Positions 11,675-22,971 of a stretch of 64,000 bases of DNA are shown here, one piece after another. Each line of letters opens with the position of its first letter. The first letter of the stretch is position 1. Both the position numbers and the translations under genes were made by a program. The stretch is from Prasinococcaceae sp. CCMP 1430 (taxonomy: Eukaryota > Plantae > Prasinodermophyta), in the NCBI GenBank assembly GCA_013416795.1, contig RQSC01000025.1, positions 1-64,000 of the forward strand. The letters are read 5' to 3'. The notes beneath the pieces were generated by a model that was not told where the DNA came from, did not search any database, and saw nothing but the letters and a program-made list of their open reading frames with translations.

Positions 11675-13933
11675 TCAGATATCTAGTTCCTCGCGGCTCA
11701 TACTCGCCGCCTCGCTCACGATGAGGTCCTTTCGCGGCGCCACCTTTGGCCCCATGACGAGGCTAATGGTGTCGTGCGCTTCGGCGATGTCCTCAACGGT
11801 GAGGCGTTTGAGTCGACGGCGCGCCGGGTCGAGCGTGGTGGACCAAAGCTGTTCGGGCATCATCTCGCCGAGGCCCTTGAAGCGCTGCAGCGTGTATTTT
11901 GCGCCGCCTAACGTGGCCAAGTAGGGCTGCAGCTCCGACTCGGTGTAGCAGTAGTGCTCCCGTTCCGCCGCAGCCGCCGCCGAGCATGTGACCTTGTAGA
12001 GCGGGGGCATGCCAACATAGACGCGCCCGGTCTCGAAGAGCTCGCGCTGGTAGCGGAAAAGAAATGTGAGCAGCAGCGTCCGAATGTGCGCACCGTCGAC
12101 GTCGGCGTCGGTGAGAATGATGATTTTGCCATAGCGCAAAGCGTCCTCGTTCAGCTCCTCACCCTTCAGCCCAAGCCCAAGCGCAGTGATGAGGTTCTTG
12201 AGCTCCTCGTTCTTGTACACCTTCGAGTCATCCACCCGCTCGACGTTGAGGATCTTGCCACGCAGTGGCAAAACCGCCTGCGTGTGCCGGTCGCGCCCCT
12301 GCTTGGTCGACCCGCCAGCGGAGTCGCCCTCAACGATGAAGATCTCGGTGTCCTCGCGCTTTCCGCTCGCACAGTCGGACAGCTTGCCGGGCAGCGTGGT
12401 GGACTTCAGAACTGTCTTGCGGCGCACCATGTCGCGCGCGCGGCGCGCCGCCTCGGCGGCGCGCGCAGCGGCAGTAGCCTTGGCAACGATGGCGTCCAGA
12501 GTGCTGCGGCTCACCTGCGCGCCCAGGAAGTTTCCGAGAGCCTCGCTGACCACCGCGTCGACAGCGCGCCGCGCCTCGGGGTTGCCCAGCCGCGTCTTTG
12601 TTTGCCCCTCAAACTCGGGGTTTGGCACGCGCACGCTCACAATTGCAGTGAGCCCCTCGCGCACGTGCTCGCTGCTAAGGTTGGCGTCGCTCTCCCGCAG
12701 CTTGCCCGCAGTGCGCGCGGCAGCGTTGACAGTGCGCGCAACGGACGCCTTGAGCGCATCGATGTGCACGCCGCCATCCGTCGTGCGGATCGAGTTTGCG
12801 TATCCCAGCAGACTGTCAGAGTACGCGTCGGAGCTCCATTGCAGCACGGCCGTCACGCCAATGCCGCCGGATTCACCCGAGCATACAACCGCATCGTGCA
12901 GCGGATCGCGGTCGCGGTTGAGCCATGCCATGTAGTCGCGCAGGCCACCGGGGAAGGCGTACTCAACCTCGCGTAGCGTGGGCTTCTCGGTGGCGAACGT
13001 GATCGCCATGCGGTCGTTGAGGAAAGCCAGCTCGCGCAGCCGCGCACCGATGGTCTTCGGGTCGAAGCGTGTCGTCGTCTTGAAGATCTCGGGATCGGGC
13101 CAGAAACGCACGCGCGTGCCCGTGTGGCCTTTAGACATGCCCTCGGGTAGCGGGCCGCGCTGCAGTGCGCCAAGCGGCACGCCGCGCACATACTCTTGCA
13201 CGTGCGAGGCGCCGTCACGCCACACGGTTACCTCGAGGCGCTCGCTGAGGGCGTTGGTCACGCTCGCACCCACACCGTGCAACCCACCGCTGACCGAGTA
13301 GCCCGACTCCTCGCCGCCGAACTTGCCGCCCGCGTGCAGCTTCGTGAAGACCGTCTCGACGCCCGTCAAGCCCGTCACGGGGTGCACGTCCGTTGGGATA
13401 CCACGGCCGTCGTCAACGACCGACGCCGAGCCGTCCGCGTGCAGCGTCACGCGCACACTGGTTGCCTCGCCTGCCTGCACCTCATCGACAGCTGTGTGGT
13501 TGCGCGCAGCACGCGCGCGTCAGCCGCAGTCTTGCGCTCGTGCCTGAACAAGGGCCCCAGGGTTTCGGCGGGTGTGTCCTGGAGCGCACATTCAAAACGC
13601 ATGCCGCACAGGCGGGGGTGCGGGGCGCACGCACCGTTGTCCACGATCTCGTACACGAGATGATGCAGCCCACGCGGCCCAGTCGAGCCGATGTACATGC
13701 CTGGGCGCATGCGCACAGGTTCGAGCCCCTCAAGCACGCGCAACTGCTGCGAGCCGTATTCGCCACCAGCTGCCGCCGCCGCTTCGCTCGCGCTCGGCTG
13801 CGCAGCCGCCGCGCTCGCCCACACATGCCGCGCGCCGCGCGCTGCACGCGGCGGTGCGACGGCCGCCGCCGCGCCGCCAGCAGCAGATGCGGCGCCGCTG
13901 TGCCATCGCTGCGCGACGGGCGGCCGCCGCCAT
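11675..13933 (-). CDS. GYRB: Organellar DNA gyrase subunit B; intron 13492-13634; 5' end has a frame discordance
   Basis: [18 protein letters not shown]...EIVDN|[59 protein letters not shown]; GTGCGT...GCTGAC...CAG intron restores DNAVDE. Confidence 0.96.
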
Positions 13934-14534
13934 GCCGCCGCCGCCGCCGCCGCGCCGCCCTCTGCCAAGATCGGGCCGGGTGCCTCAATGAGGGTCAGAA
14001 GCGCGCGCGGAGAGGGGGGAGAAGCGGGGGGGGGGCAGGGGCGCCGCGCGCTGCCACTGTGGCACAGCTTGCCCCACCCCACCCCCCCCGTGCCGCGCCC
14101 GCCACACACCGAAAGTGCGCAAATCAAAATCAAAATCACGAGGCGGGCTGGGCGCCCTTCGCCCGTGCGCCCATACCAGGTCTGACCCGTAGTATTTGCG
14201 AATCCGCCGAGTGACCGTGTTCGTCCGGCGTTCTGTTGCGACTGTGCCCGGTCAGACCCATTCTGACCCGGTCTACTTCTACTTCCATTCCGCTGATCCG
14301 TTCTGGGGCATGCTGTGGATCGAGCGCATGTGGCCACACGCGGCGCAGCGAGCGCAGCGTGCGCGCTGCAGGCCGGCCGGCGTCGTCGCTGACGCCCTCC
14401 GCGACGACAGCCGCTGCTTCAGCTCGGCGCCGCTGCGGTCCAACATGAGCAGGGAGGGCTTCCTGGACGCCATCGCGCGCGTCAGCACCCGTCTGCGGGC
14501 GAGGGCAAGGAAAAAAATCCCGCCGCGGGCGCAG

Positions 14535-15970
14535 GGCTCGACGTGGCTGTCGTCGGAGCCGGGCCCGCCGGGCTCGCCACGGCGCACGCTCTGCTGTCGG
14601 ACGCTGCTGGCGCCAACGTGTCGAGTGTCACCATTTTCGAGCGGCGTGAAGAGCTCGAGGATGCGGTTGGGGGAGGGATCCAACTCAACGGCGGTGCGGC
14701 CATCCTCGCTCGCCTGGGACTGCTCGACGACTCGCGAATCACCGAGGTGCTGCTGCCCTGCAAACGCGTTCGCAGCCGACTCTGCCTGCGCGGCGACCTG
14801 ACAGCGATTGACGTGGACGTGCCCGCCGCGATGACGCGATGGCCAGACGCGGCGGAGCTCGCCGCGCGGCCGGGCCGAGAGGCGCTGGCATTCTGCTCAA
14901 TGCGCGGAGCGCTGCAGGGCGCCCTCGCGGAGACGCTGCCAGAAGCTGCCACGCTACGCTTAGGTTCCAACCTCTCAAGTGCGCGCGAGAACGCCAACGG
15001 AGGTGCCACGCTCACATTTGCAGATGGTAGCGAGGAGAGCTTCGATCTCGTCGTTGGCGCCGACGGCATAGGCAGCGCTGTACGCAGGTCACTCGCGGCC
15101 GGCGCAGCCACCAACGGCAGCGCTCGTGCGCCCGAGGCTGAGTACTCGCGCATCAGGTTGCTCCTTGGGGTCACCCCCGCTGATGAGGAGCAGTCTGGCG
15201 GACGGTCCGTCCGCCCCGCGTCTGAGCGCGCGGAGATGCATCAGTGGTTTGGCGATGGCGCCTACGCCCTGCTCGCTTCGTACCGTGGCGTGGGCGGCAG
15301 GCTGTATGACCAGGTGGTGGTGTGTGAACGTGACGACACGGAACGCGAGGAGAATGCGTCGTATGAGCGTCGTGCAGGAACGCCTGAAGAGGCGCGCGAG
15401 GCGCTCATCGCATCCGCGCGGGCCGCGCGCTTGCCGAAGGAGCTGCTGGACGTAGCGATGCGCTCGGAGAGGGTCATCGAGGTCGGCGCGCACTGGCACG
15501 ACATCGGAGTCCCGTGGACCTCGCCTCTCGGCTCGATGGTCCTGCTGGGCGACGCAGCGCACGCAATGCCGCCGTTTCTGGGGCAGGGCTGCAATCAGGC
15601 GATGCAGGTGCGCGCAGGCACCCCACCGCGCGCGCGCGCTGCGGCGCGGTGCTGCTGAGCATTGCGTTCCGAGTGCCTTGAGCTGACGTCCTCCGCTTCG
15701 CTATCCGCTGCGCGCGCGCCGTGCCAGGACGCGTGGAGCCTCGCTGAATCGCTCGCTTCGGAGCAGACCCTCCTGAGTGCCACGCGGCGGTACGAGTCGT
15801 CGCGCAGGGAGGCCGTCGAGCCCGTGCTGCAGAAGAGTCGCTTCATCGGATGGCTCGAGACCCAGAGCGGCAGCCTGGGCACGCTTGCACGCGACGCCGC
15901 CCTGACCGCCGCGGGAAAGCTGGGCGTGGCAGAGTTCATCTTCGTGGACGGCGCCGTGCCGAGGGTGTAA
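14535..15970 (+). CDS. FAD-dependent monooxygenase (zeaxanthin epoxidase/salicylate hydroxylase-like); intron 15608-15727; first exon unresolved
   Basis: VAVVGAGPAG, GGGIQL, DLVVGADGIGS, LLGDAAHAMPPFLGQGCNQAMQ|DA. Confidence 0.88.
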
Positions 15971-16139
15971 GAGCATGGGTGCGTTCCTCACAAGCCTGTC
16001 TGTGCTCGTCCCGACAGATCTCAAAGTCTGCTGTGAATTCAGATGCAGACGCTCGCATGTGGCCACATTTTGGATATGCTCAGGTGGATAAACACACGGC
16101 GCGCGGCCTGCGCCCCCCCCACCCTGCGGGGGTAGAGCG

Positions 16140-16556
16140 ATGGCGCCCAAGCGCGCGCGCCGCGCGGCCGCCACCGCCGCAGGCGGCGACGGCGAGGGCA
16201 TGGGCGCGGCCGTGCCAGACGAGGCGGACGTGGCGCGCATGCGCGAGCGCATCCTCGCGCTGGTGCGGGCGCGCGGTCCTGCCAAGTCCTGCTGACCCAG
16301 CGAGGCGCCGCGCGGTGTCTCCGCCGCGCGCGCAGAGTGGTATCCGCTCATGCCTGCCGCCCGGGAGGCCGCGCGCAGGCTGGCGAAGGAGGGGACGCTC
16401 GAGATCCTGCAAAAGGGCGCGCCCGTTGACCCAGATAGCTTCAAAGGGCCCATCAGGCTCAGAGCGCTCCCTCCCGCAGCCGTCATCGGCCGCGCAGACG
16501 ACTCGGCGCGCGGAGATGACGCCGAGGCGGCCGCCAAGCGGCAGCGCAAGCGGTGA
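16140..16556 (+). CDS. DUF3253-family protein with in-frame UGA at codon 52 (16293-16295), predicted selenocysteine; 138 aa
   Basis: Read through TGA it gives ILALVRARGPAKSC*PSEAPR...W.PLMPAAREAARRLAKEGTLEILQKGAPVDP..FKGPIRLR, matching the DUF3253 pattern on both sides of the TGA; SECIS in the 3' UTR. Confidence 0.88.
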
Positions 16557-16567
16557 CACCACCGCGG

Positions 16568-16656
16568 CTCCCCCTCTTCCGACATGACGGCAGCTCGCAA
16601 AGGCACTCCTGCGGCAGGCAATGCAGCTGGCAGCCCGACGCGGGGAGGTTGGGGAG
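16568..16656 (+). promoter_or_regulatory. SECIS element, form II
   Basis: Folded by hand: helix I CUCCCC/GGGGAG plus CUCUUC/GGGGAG; A-UGAC (16584-88) opposite CGAC (16636-39); helix II 16589-98/16626-35 with 8 of 10 pairs; unpaired AAA 16599-601; apical mini-stem CCUG-cgg-CAGG. Confidence 0.82.
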
Positions 16657-17112
16657 GCGGAGAGGGGGACCTGGAGCGGCGCGCCCCGGCACGCGCGCAT
16701 CGCCCCGCGAGCGCCGCTGGGGTCACGTTAGGGTTAGAATTCGAATAATTCAGGTATTGAGTCATGTAGGGTTTAGTCTCAACGTTGACTCGTAGGAAGA
16801 ATATCCAAAACACGGATCGTTTGCGAGTGATTCCATTTCCGTGAAAATCGAATGGGGTCTGATACGAGAGGCGCGCTGCGGCGCGCGCGCGACAATTGGC
16901 AGCGCGGAGCGCACGGCGGGGCGGCGGCGCGCGGCGCCACACGCAGCGCGGCACGGAGGAGCAGGCGGAGGTGGCCGAGGCCGAGGCCGGCAGCCGCGTA
17001 CTGCGCAGAGCTGCTGGGTCGCCAGCGGCGCCGAGAGGTCTGCGCGCGCGCCCGGACGCGGAGGATGGCGGCGGCGGGGAGAACGTGTTCGCGGAGACGG
17101 TGCTTGCTAAGG

Positions 17113-20100
17113 ATGGTGTGCTGTTGGCACGGCGTCGCCGCGGCAGCGCGCGCCGCTGAGAGGGAGCAGCGCGACGCGCCGCTTGCGGCGCGCAACGCCC
17201 CCGCAGGTGGGCGCGCGGGTCTACGCCGGGAGCTCAGCAGTCCGCCATGGGCGTCACATTCGGATTGCGCCGCGAGCGTGTTGGTCGCTGGAAGTGAGCC
17301 TCGCGACGTCCGCTTTCGTGGCGGGCACAGTGGGCGCGCTGCTCGCGCGGGGCGGCGAGAGGGCACGCGGGCACGCGCTTTTCCTGGGTGTTTTCGGCGC
17401 TATGCAGCTGGTTGACGCATCGCTGTGGTACGAGGCCGCACACGCGGAAGGTGGGCTGGCCGCATGCACATTACATAACCGCCTCGCCACGCGTGCTGGA
17501 ATCTCGATCATCGCGCTTGAGCCCGTGGCCGCGCTGTTCGGCGCGAGCGCAGCCGCGGGACGCAAGAATGGGCCGAACCCGTTCGTCGCCGGTGCGTACG
17601 TCCTGTTTTATCTGGTGTCTCCGCTCGTTGGCTCGGCGTTGCTCTCGCCAATTGAGGTCGCTCCGAGCTCAACTGCGCAGTCTTGCGCGTCCGGGGGGGT
17701 CGAGGGCCCACCGGGCGTCGAGCGCGCCCTGCCGGTCGTGCGGGATTGCAAGCGATTTCCGACGCGCGGGCTCCTTCTGGATCTGAGCGCTCCGGCCGTG
17801 TGCTCGACAGTGACGCCTGGAGGGCATCTCCAGTACGGCGGCATGGACATAGTGTATCATAACCTGCTCACGCCACCGGAATGGGGGCTCGAGGAGGTGT
17901 CGGTGTGCGAGCTGGCGCCGGGTGAGCTGTGCGAGGGCGGTGCAGCGACGTTTTTCGGCAGCAGAGAAATCCCGCTCGGGCTGAGGCTCGCGTACCTGCT
18001 CGGCATGGTCATCCCGTACCTGCAGGTGAAGCCCCGCGCCGCGGGCTTCGCGCATGGCACCATCCTCACTGGCACCTGGATGATTGGTTACTTCTCTGAC
18101 GCCCACGCTTCGGTGTGGTGCCTCGCGAACGTGGCTCAGGGTCTGCTCATGCTGGCCGAACCTGCGATTTGGCCCGGCCTGCCCAAGGACGGCACGTTCC
18201 CGCCCCTTGCTCTTGCCGAGGGCCCCACTGGCGCGGCCACGATGTCGTCTGACGACTCAGAATCAGACGCCGGCGGGGAAAGCCCGGGCGGTGCCGCCCA
18301 GGTGTTTGCGGCCTCCGTGACGCCACCCTCTCCGACGCCTGCGTCATCGCCCGCGTCGGACGCGACGGCCAAGCTTGCCGAGCCGCACCCGCCGCCGCTA
18401 CCCCCGAGGGTGAAGGAGAAGCGCTACCCATTCCGCGAGAAGGAGTTGCCCGAAGATCTGGATGCCGTCATAATCGGCAGCGGCATCGGTGGACTCGCCC
18501 TCGGGGCACTCCTCGCCAAAGCTGGGCAGAAGGTACTCGTCCTCGAGGCGCATTACAGGCCTGGCGGCTGCACTCACGCGTTCACTGAGATCGGCGAAAA
18601 CATCTTCGATTCGGGCATCCACTACGTGGGCGGCGCGAAGGGACCAATGCGCACGCTCCTGTCGCACGTGTGCGCGCACCCTATCGAGCTGGCCTTCATG
18701 GGCTCCGAGAAAGACGGATACACGTACGATTTGTTCGACATGGGCGACGGTGCCCAGCCGCTGTACAGCTATCGCGCTGGAGAGTTGATTGAATCGCTCA
18801 CGGAGCGATTCCCGCACGAGGCCGATGGCATTCGCAGCTACATCAAGGACGTGCGCGGGGGTGGTATCCTCGACAACGGCGTGGTTCTGTCCAAGATGCT
18901 ACCCGACGGCAAGAGCGTGCCCTGTGCAGGTCGCTTGCGATCGTGGCTGTGGTCGAAGGTGCGCGCGCGTTCACCCGAGGTCACCGCGCGAGACAAAATT
19001 GCCGAGTACGTCAAGGATCCGGTGCTGCGAGCACTGCTCAGCGGCGGCCAGATGATCGACTGGAATTTGGCACCCGGCGAGGTGTCGTGGCACGTGAGCG
19101 CGGGCATGCTCAACTATTACTTTGACGGCGGCCTCTATCCCGCGGGCAGCTCGAACACCATCCCACAGGCGATCATCCCCGTCATCGAGGCAGCTGGCGG
19201 CAAGGTCATGTGCAGCGCCCCTGTGAGCGAGATCCTCGTCGAAGAAGAGGCCGACGACGGGACGCTGCGCGCGGTCGGCGTCAAGCTGGCGCGGGGCGGG
19301 AAGGTGGTGCGTGCCAGGCAGGTGGTGTCCGCGGCAGGATATGTCAACACCTACCAGCGTTTCCTCACCGAGGAGGTGCGCGCTCGAGCGGGAATTACCC
19401 ACCCCGAGCGCGTGTTGAGCAACCTCAGGCTCAGCCACAGTCACGTCTGCGCTTATATTTCGCTGAACGGGCCGCCGGAGGACTTCGACCTCGGACCGGC
19501 GAACATACACAGCATGCCGGCGCTCTCGCACTACGACTACGACATACAGGCGATGCAGGACGCATTTTACGCCGACCCGTTCTGCCAGGAGGAGCTCGGA
19601 GGTTGCCTTATGACCCTGACCTGCCCGAGCGCGAAGGACCCTCGATATGCCGACGACTTGCCAGGGCGCTCAAACGTCCTGCTACTCATCGAGGGCTTGC
19701 ACGAGTGGTTCGAGCAGTACGCGAGCTCGAAGCACGGCCGCCGCGACGAGGGCTACACCGAGCTGAAGAGGCGGTTTGAGCCCATGTTTCTGGAGCGGCT
19801 GTATCGCTACTACCCGAAGACACGCGATAAGATCACGCACCTGGAGATTTCCACACCGCTCTCCGCCGCTCACTTCATTAACTCTCCCGGTGGAGCGTCC
19901 TACGGACTGGACTGGCGGCCCGAACACTTCGAGGAGGACCTCCACGAGGAGGCTTTCAGCCCGACCGTTCGCGGCATCGACGGTTGCTACGTCACCGGCG
20001 AGAGCATCGCCTTCGGTGGCTTCTACGGAGCGCTCGTCACCGCCTTCGCGACGGCCACTCACATGCTTGGGCTTTTGCCGACTCTGTGGCTCCTGGCGAA

Positions 20101-20155
20101 TGACCACGGTGCCGAGCCCGTGATGCTCAAGGACGGACGTCCGATGCGCGACTGA
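17113..20155 (+). CDS. Fusion of an N-terminal multi-TM domain and a C-terminal all-trans-retinol 13,14-reductase/phytoene-desaturase-like FAD oxidoreductase; probable intron 17116-17206 directly after an ATG
   Basis: DAVIIGSGIGGL, LEAHYRPGGCTHAF, FDSGIHYVG, YPAGSSNTI, STPLS...GASYGL; CWSLEVS...MQLVDASLW...C...N...EP membrane domain; ATG|GTGTGC...CCGCAG|GTG restores the frame. Confidence 0.82.
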
Positions 20156-20349
20156 AATCGTCAGCAATCGCCGCGGGCGTGCCTGGCTTTGTGGGGCACC
20201 GGCCCGCGCGGTGCTACACGGCGGTGCGGTGTCACCAGAGAACACGTTTGGTCTTTTATAGCTACGTACTGTACATACATTTGCCTTCGTCAAGCAAGTC
20301 GTTCCCATTCGCTGTGTGTGCGCGACAGCAGCGGCAGGATCGACGGGCG

Positions 20350-21501
20350 TCAGCACGAGATGCGCGACCGCCTCGCGTCCGACGCCACCGCATGGCCGCG
20401 CGACCTGCACGAGCACTGGACACACAGGTGCGCGAACGCGCCTGCCTGCACGGACCTGATGGGCTTGTAAAGATTTATCGTCCGAACAGAGGCGACCACG
20501 CAGTCGGCGTGTGGCGCGAGTGCTTCCACTGGCAGCGTATTGGGCACCGCCACCGCGATCGCCCCAGCGGCCTTGGCCGCTTGCAGCCCGAGCACCTGCG
20601 CCACGGGCCCAGTCGCGTGCACGTGCACAACGAATAAAATACGCACAGCGCGACGAGGCGACGCGCGTCAGCGAGGCCGTCGTGCGTCCGCGCGCACGCA
20701 GGGCACGCGCCCGCACCGCGCGTCCCCGCACGCACCGCGTCCTCCACCACGATCGGCGGCTTGGAGTCATCCATCGGCCTGCCCGCCGCGGTCGCATCAG
20801 CAGCCAATCGCGCGAGCACCTCCACGTATACGTCCGGCGCAGGCTTGCCACGGGCGACATGCGTGGCCGATACGATGAGCCGCTCGTCGGGAAAGACGTC
20901 CGCGAGGCCCGCCGCGCTCAAGTTGTGCGCGATTTTCTCCGGCGTGCCACTCGAGCCGATACCCACGGCAACACCCGCCTCATGCGCCACGGCCGCGAGC
21001 TCACGCACGCCTGCGAAGGCGTCCATGCCGCCTCTGGAGCGCTCCTTGTAAAGCTGAATCTTGAGCTCGTCGACGCGCCCCGTCATCTCTGCTATGTCCC
21101 ACTCGCCTCGCTTGTCGTACATGTCGGCGTAGTACTCGACCGACGCCTGCACGTTGCTGCCGAAGAGCGGCACAAAGTCGCGCGGATACTGTGGCACCGA
21201 GCGCGTTGGCTTCCGTCAGAGCCCGGCGCGGCGCTGAGGGCCGCAGGAGCGCCGCGCGCGCTACGAGCACGTGCGCGCGCGCACGCAGACATATCATCGC
21301 ACACGGAGCTGCGTGCTCGCTCGCGATGACTGGAGGACGACGGGAGCGTCGCACCTCGCGCGGTACGTCGATTCCCGCTGCGACGCGCATTGCGTCGGCG
21401 AGCGCGAGGCACGAGTGGCGCTCCGAGTCGACCAGCACGCCGTCGCAATCGAAGACGAGCGCACGGTAGAGGGCGCTACCGCGCGCCGTGGACACCGCCA
21501 T
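20350..21501 (-). CDS. HAD-superfamily hydrolase (CbbY/beta-PGM-like); introns 21189-21354 and 20596-20735
   Basis: Motif I FDCDGVLVDSE, motif II IGSSG, GKPAPDVY, VVEDA|VLGLQAAKAAG. Confidence 0.9.
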
Positions 21502-21676
21502 CTGGGCGGTGCCGGTGATGCCACGCTCAGCGGGCCTGGTGTGCCAGCGCCGGCTGGCGGCGGCGGCGCACGCGTGCGCGCGAATGGCGCTGCCAAGCGT
21601 GCGTGCGCGAGCATGCGCCGACACTGCCACACTGCGCGCGCGCGCGCGCGCGCGCGCGCGCGCGCCGGGAGCGGCA

Positions 21677-22726
21677 ATGGGCAAGAAGAGCAAGGCGAAC
21701 GACCGCGCGCGGCTGCTGGCCGAGGCCAAAGCGCGCGAGAAGGAAAAGCGCCGCAGACAGCAGGCGGCCGGGGGCAGGAGTGGCGGCAGGGGAGTAGCCA
21801 AGCCCGACCGGCTGCAGCAGCTACTCGCGCTCAGGAAGCAGCGCGCGGCGGCTGCGAGTGCGCAAGGGAAAGGAGCTGATGGTGAAACGGATGTCGCCGA
21901 GGGGGGGAGAGTGAAACGGCCGCAGCGCGGCATGTACGCCATCGGGAGCGAGCAGCGCGTGCTCGAGGTTGGCGCCGGCAACTTCTCGTTTGCGGTGGCA
22001 CTCGCGCGCGATCAGCTGGGTGGTGCCGCCAGCGGGATGGTGGCAACGTCGTTCGATAGCCTCGGAGAAATCGAGCACAAGTACGCCGAGGCGACCGAGG
22101 TGGTCGCTGCGCTTCGGCGAGCCGGCGCCACCGTCCTGCACGGCGTGGACGCCACGCGCATGCGTCGGACGCTTAAGAGTGCCGCCAAGGCTGTCCCTGC
22201 TGACGAGAAGCCGCAGTTGTCGCCGCTGGGCCCCTTCGACCACGTCGTCTTCCTCTTCCCACACCACGGCGCGGGCATCAAGTCCGAGGATCACAGTGTG
22301 CAAAGGAGCCGCGAACTGTTGCTGGCGTTCTTCAGCAGCGTGCCGGAGGTGCTCGCTCCGGGCGGGCAGGTGCATGTAACCGTCAAGACGGGCATGCCGT
22401 ACGAAAAGGTGCGGAGATGGGGTCGGGCACCGATCGCCCTGCGCGCGCGTGCTGCTCACGCTGAGTTCCACTCTGACGCGTCGCTCGCATCGCGCACATG
22501 GCGGACTCGCACGCCGCACCGCACACGCGTGCTCGGGCAGTGGGGCGTGGCTGGACTCGCGCGCTCGACGGGCTTGGACCTGCTGTGCGCCGAACGCTTT
22601 GCTCCCGAGGCTTGGCCGGGCTATCGGCACCGACGCACGCTCGGCTTCCTCGACGGACTCAGTGACGATAGCAACAAGGAGATTGCCGGCGGCGCCAGAA
22701 CGTACACGTTCGCTGCTGCTTCTTGA
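21677..22726 (+). CDS. DUF2431/BMT5-like 25S rRNA uridine-N3 methyltransferase; in-frame intron 22409-22540
   Basis: VLEVGAGNFSFA, ATSFDS, LHGVDAT, FDHVVFLFPH, VTVKTGMPYEK|W, WPGYRHRRT. Confidence 0.85.
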   Translation: MGKKSKANDRARLLAEAKAREKEKRRRQQAAGGRSGGRGVAKPDRLQQLLALRKQRAAAASAQGKGADGETDVAEGGRVKRPQRGMYAIGSEQRVLEVGAGNFSFAVALARDQLGGAASGMVATSFDSLGEIEHKYAEATEVVAALRRAGATVLHGVDATRMRRTLKSAAKAVPADEKPQLSPLGPFDHVVFLFPHHGAGIKSEDHSVQRSRELLLAFFSSVPEVLAPGGQVHVTVKTGMPYEKVRRWGRAPIALRARAAHAEFHSDASLASRTWRTRTPHRTRVLGQWGVAGLARSTGLDLLCAERFAPEAWPGYRHRRTLGFLDGLSDDSNKEIAGGARTYTFAAAS

Positions 22727-22912
22727 CTAGAGAGGAGAGCATAGGAAGTCTTGTCTAGTCTAGCTAGAGCTCGCGCGCGGGCATTGGGGTAAGGTTGTTC
22801 TGCTTAGGCGCGAGCGGAGCCGCCCCCTCCCCTGCTCCCCCCCGCCATCCCGCTGGAGCACGAGCGCGTACAGTGCGGCAAGGTTGCCGTGCTTAGGCGC
22901 GAGCGTTGGCTG

Positions 22913-22923
22913 CCCCCCCCCCT

Positions 22924-22971
<48 letters not shown>
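22913..22971 (+). repeat. Poly-C tract (G-rich on the minus strand)
   Basis: About 59 nt of C interrupted only by TT. Confidence 0.9.

Noticed and set aside
11675-13933. gyrB (and dapF, YkgJ) as bacterial contamination or recent HGT
   Set aside because: They carry host-type spliceosomal introns, transit-peptide-like extensions and the same codon bias as neighbours. Organellar gyrase and DapF are standard in green plants.
14390-14392. In-frame TGA upstream of the monooxygenase as a second Sec codon
   Set aside because: It lies in a GCTGAC branch-point-like sequence outside any conserved domain, and I saw no SECIS after that gene.
16072-16806. P1BS (GNATATNC) matches at 16072-16079 and 16799-16806 flanking the selenoprotein gene
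   Set aside because: I found four matches in the window, two inside CDSs (32240, 59258). That is about the chance expectation for this degenerate 8-mer, so there is no support for PHR regulation.
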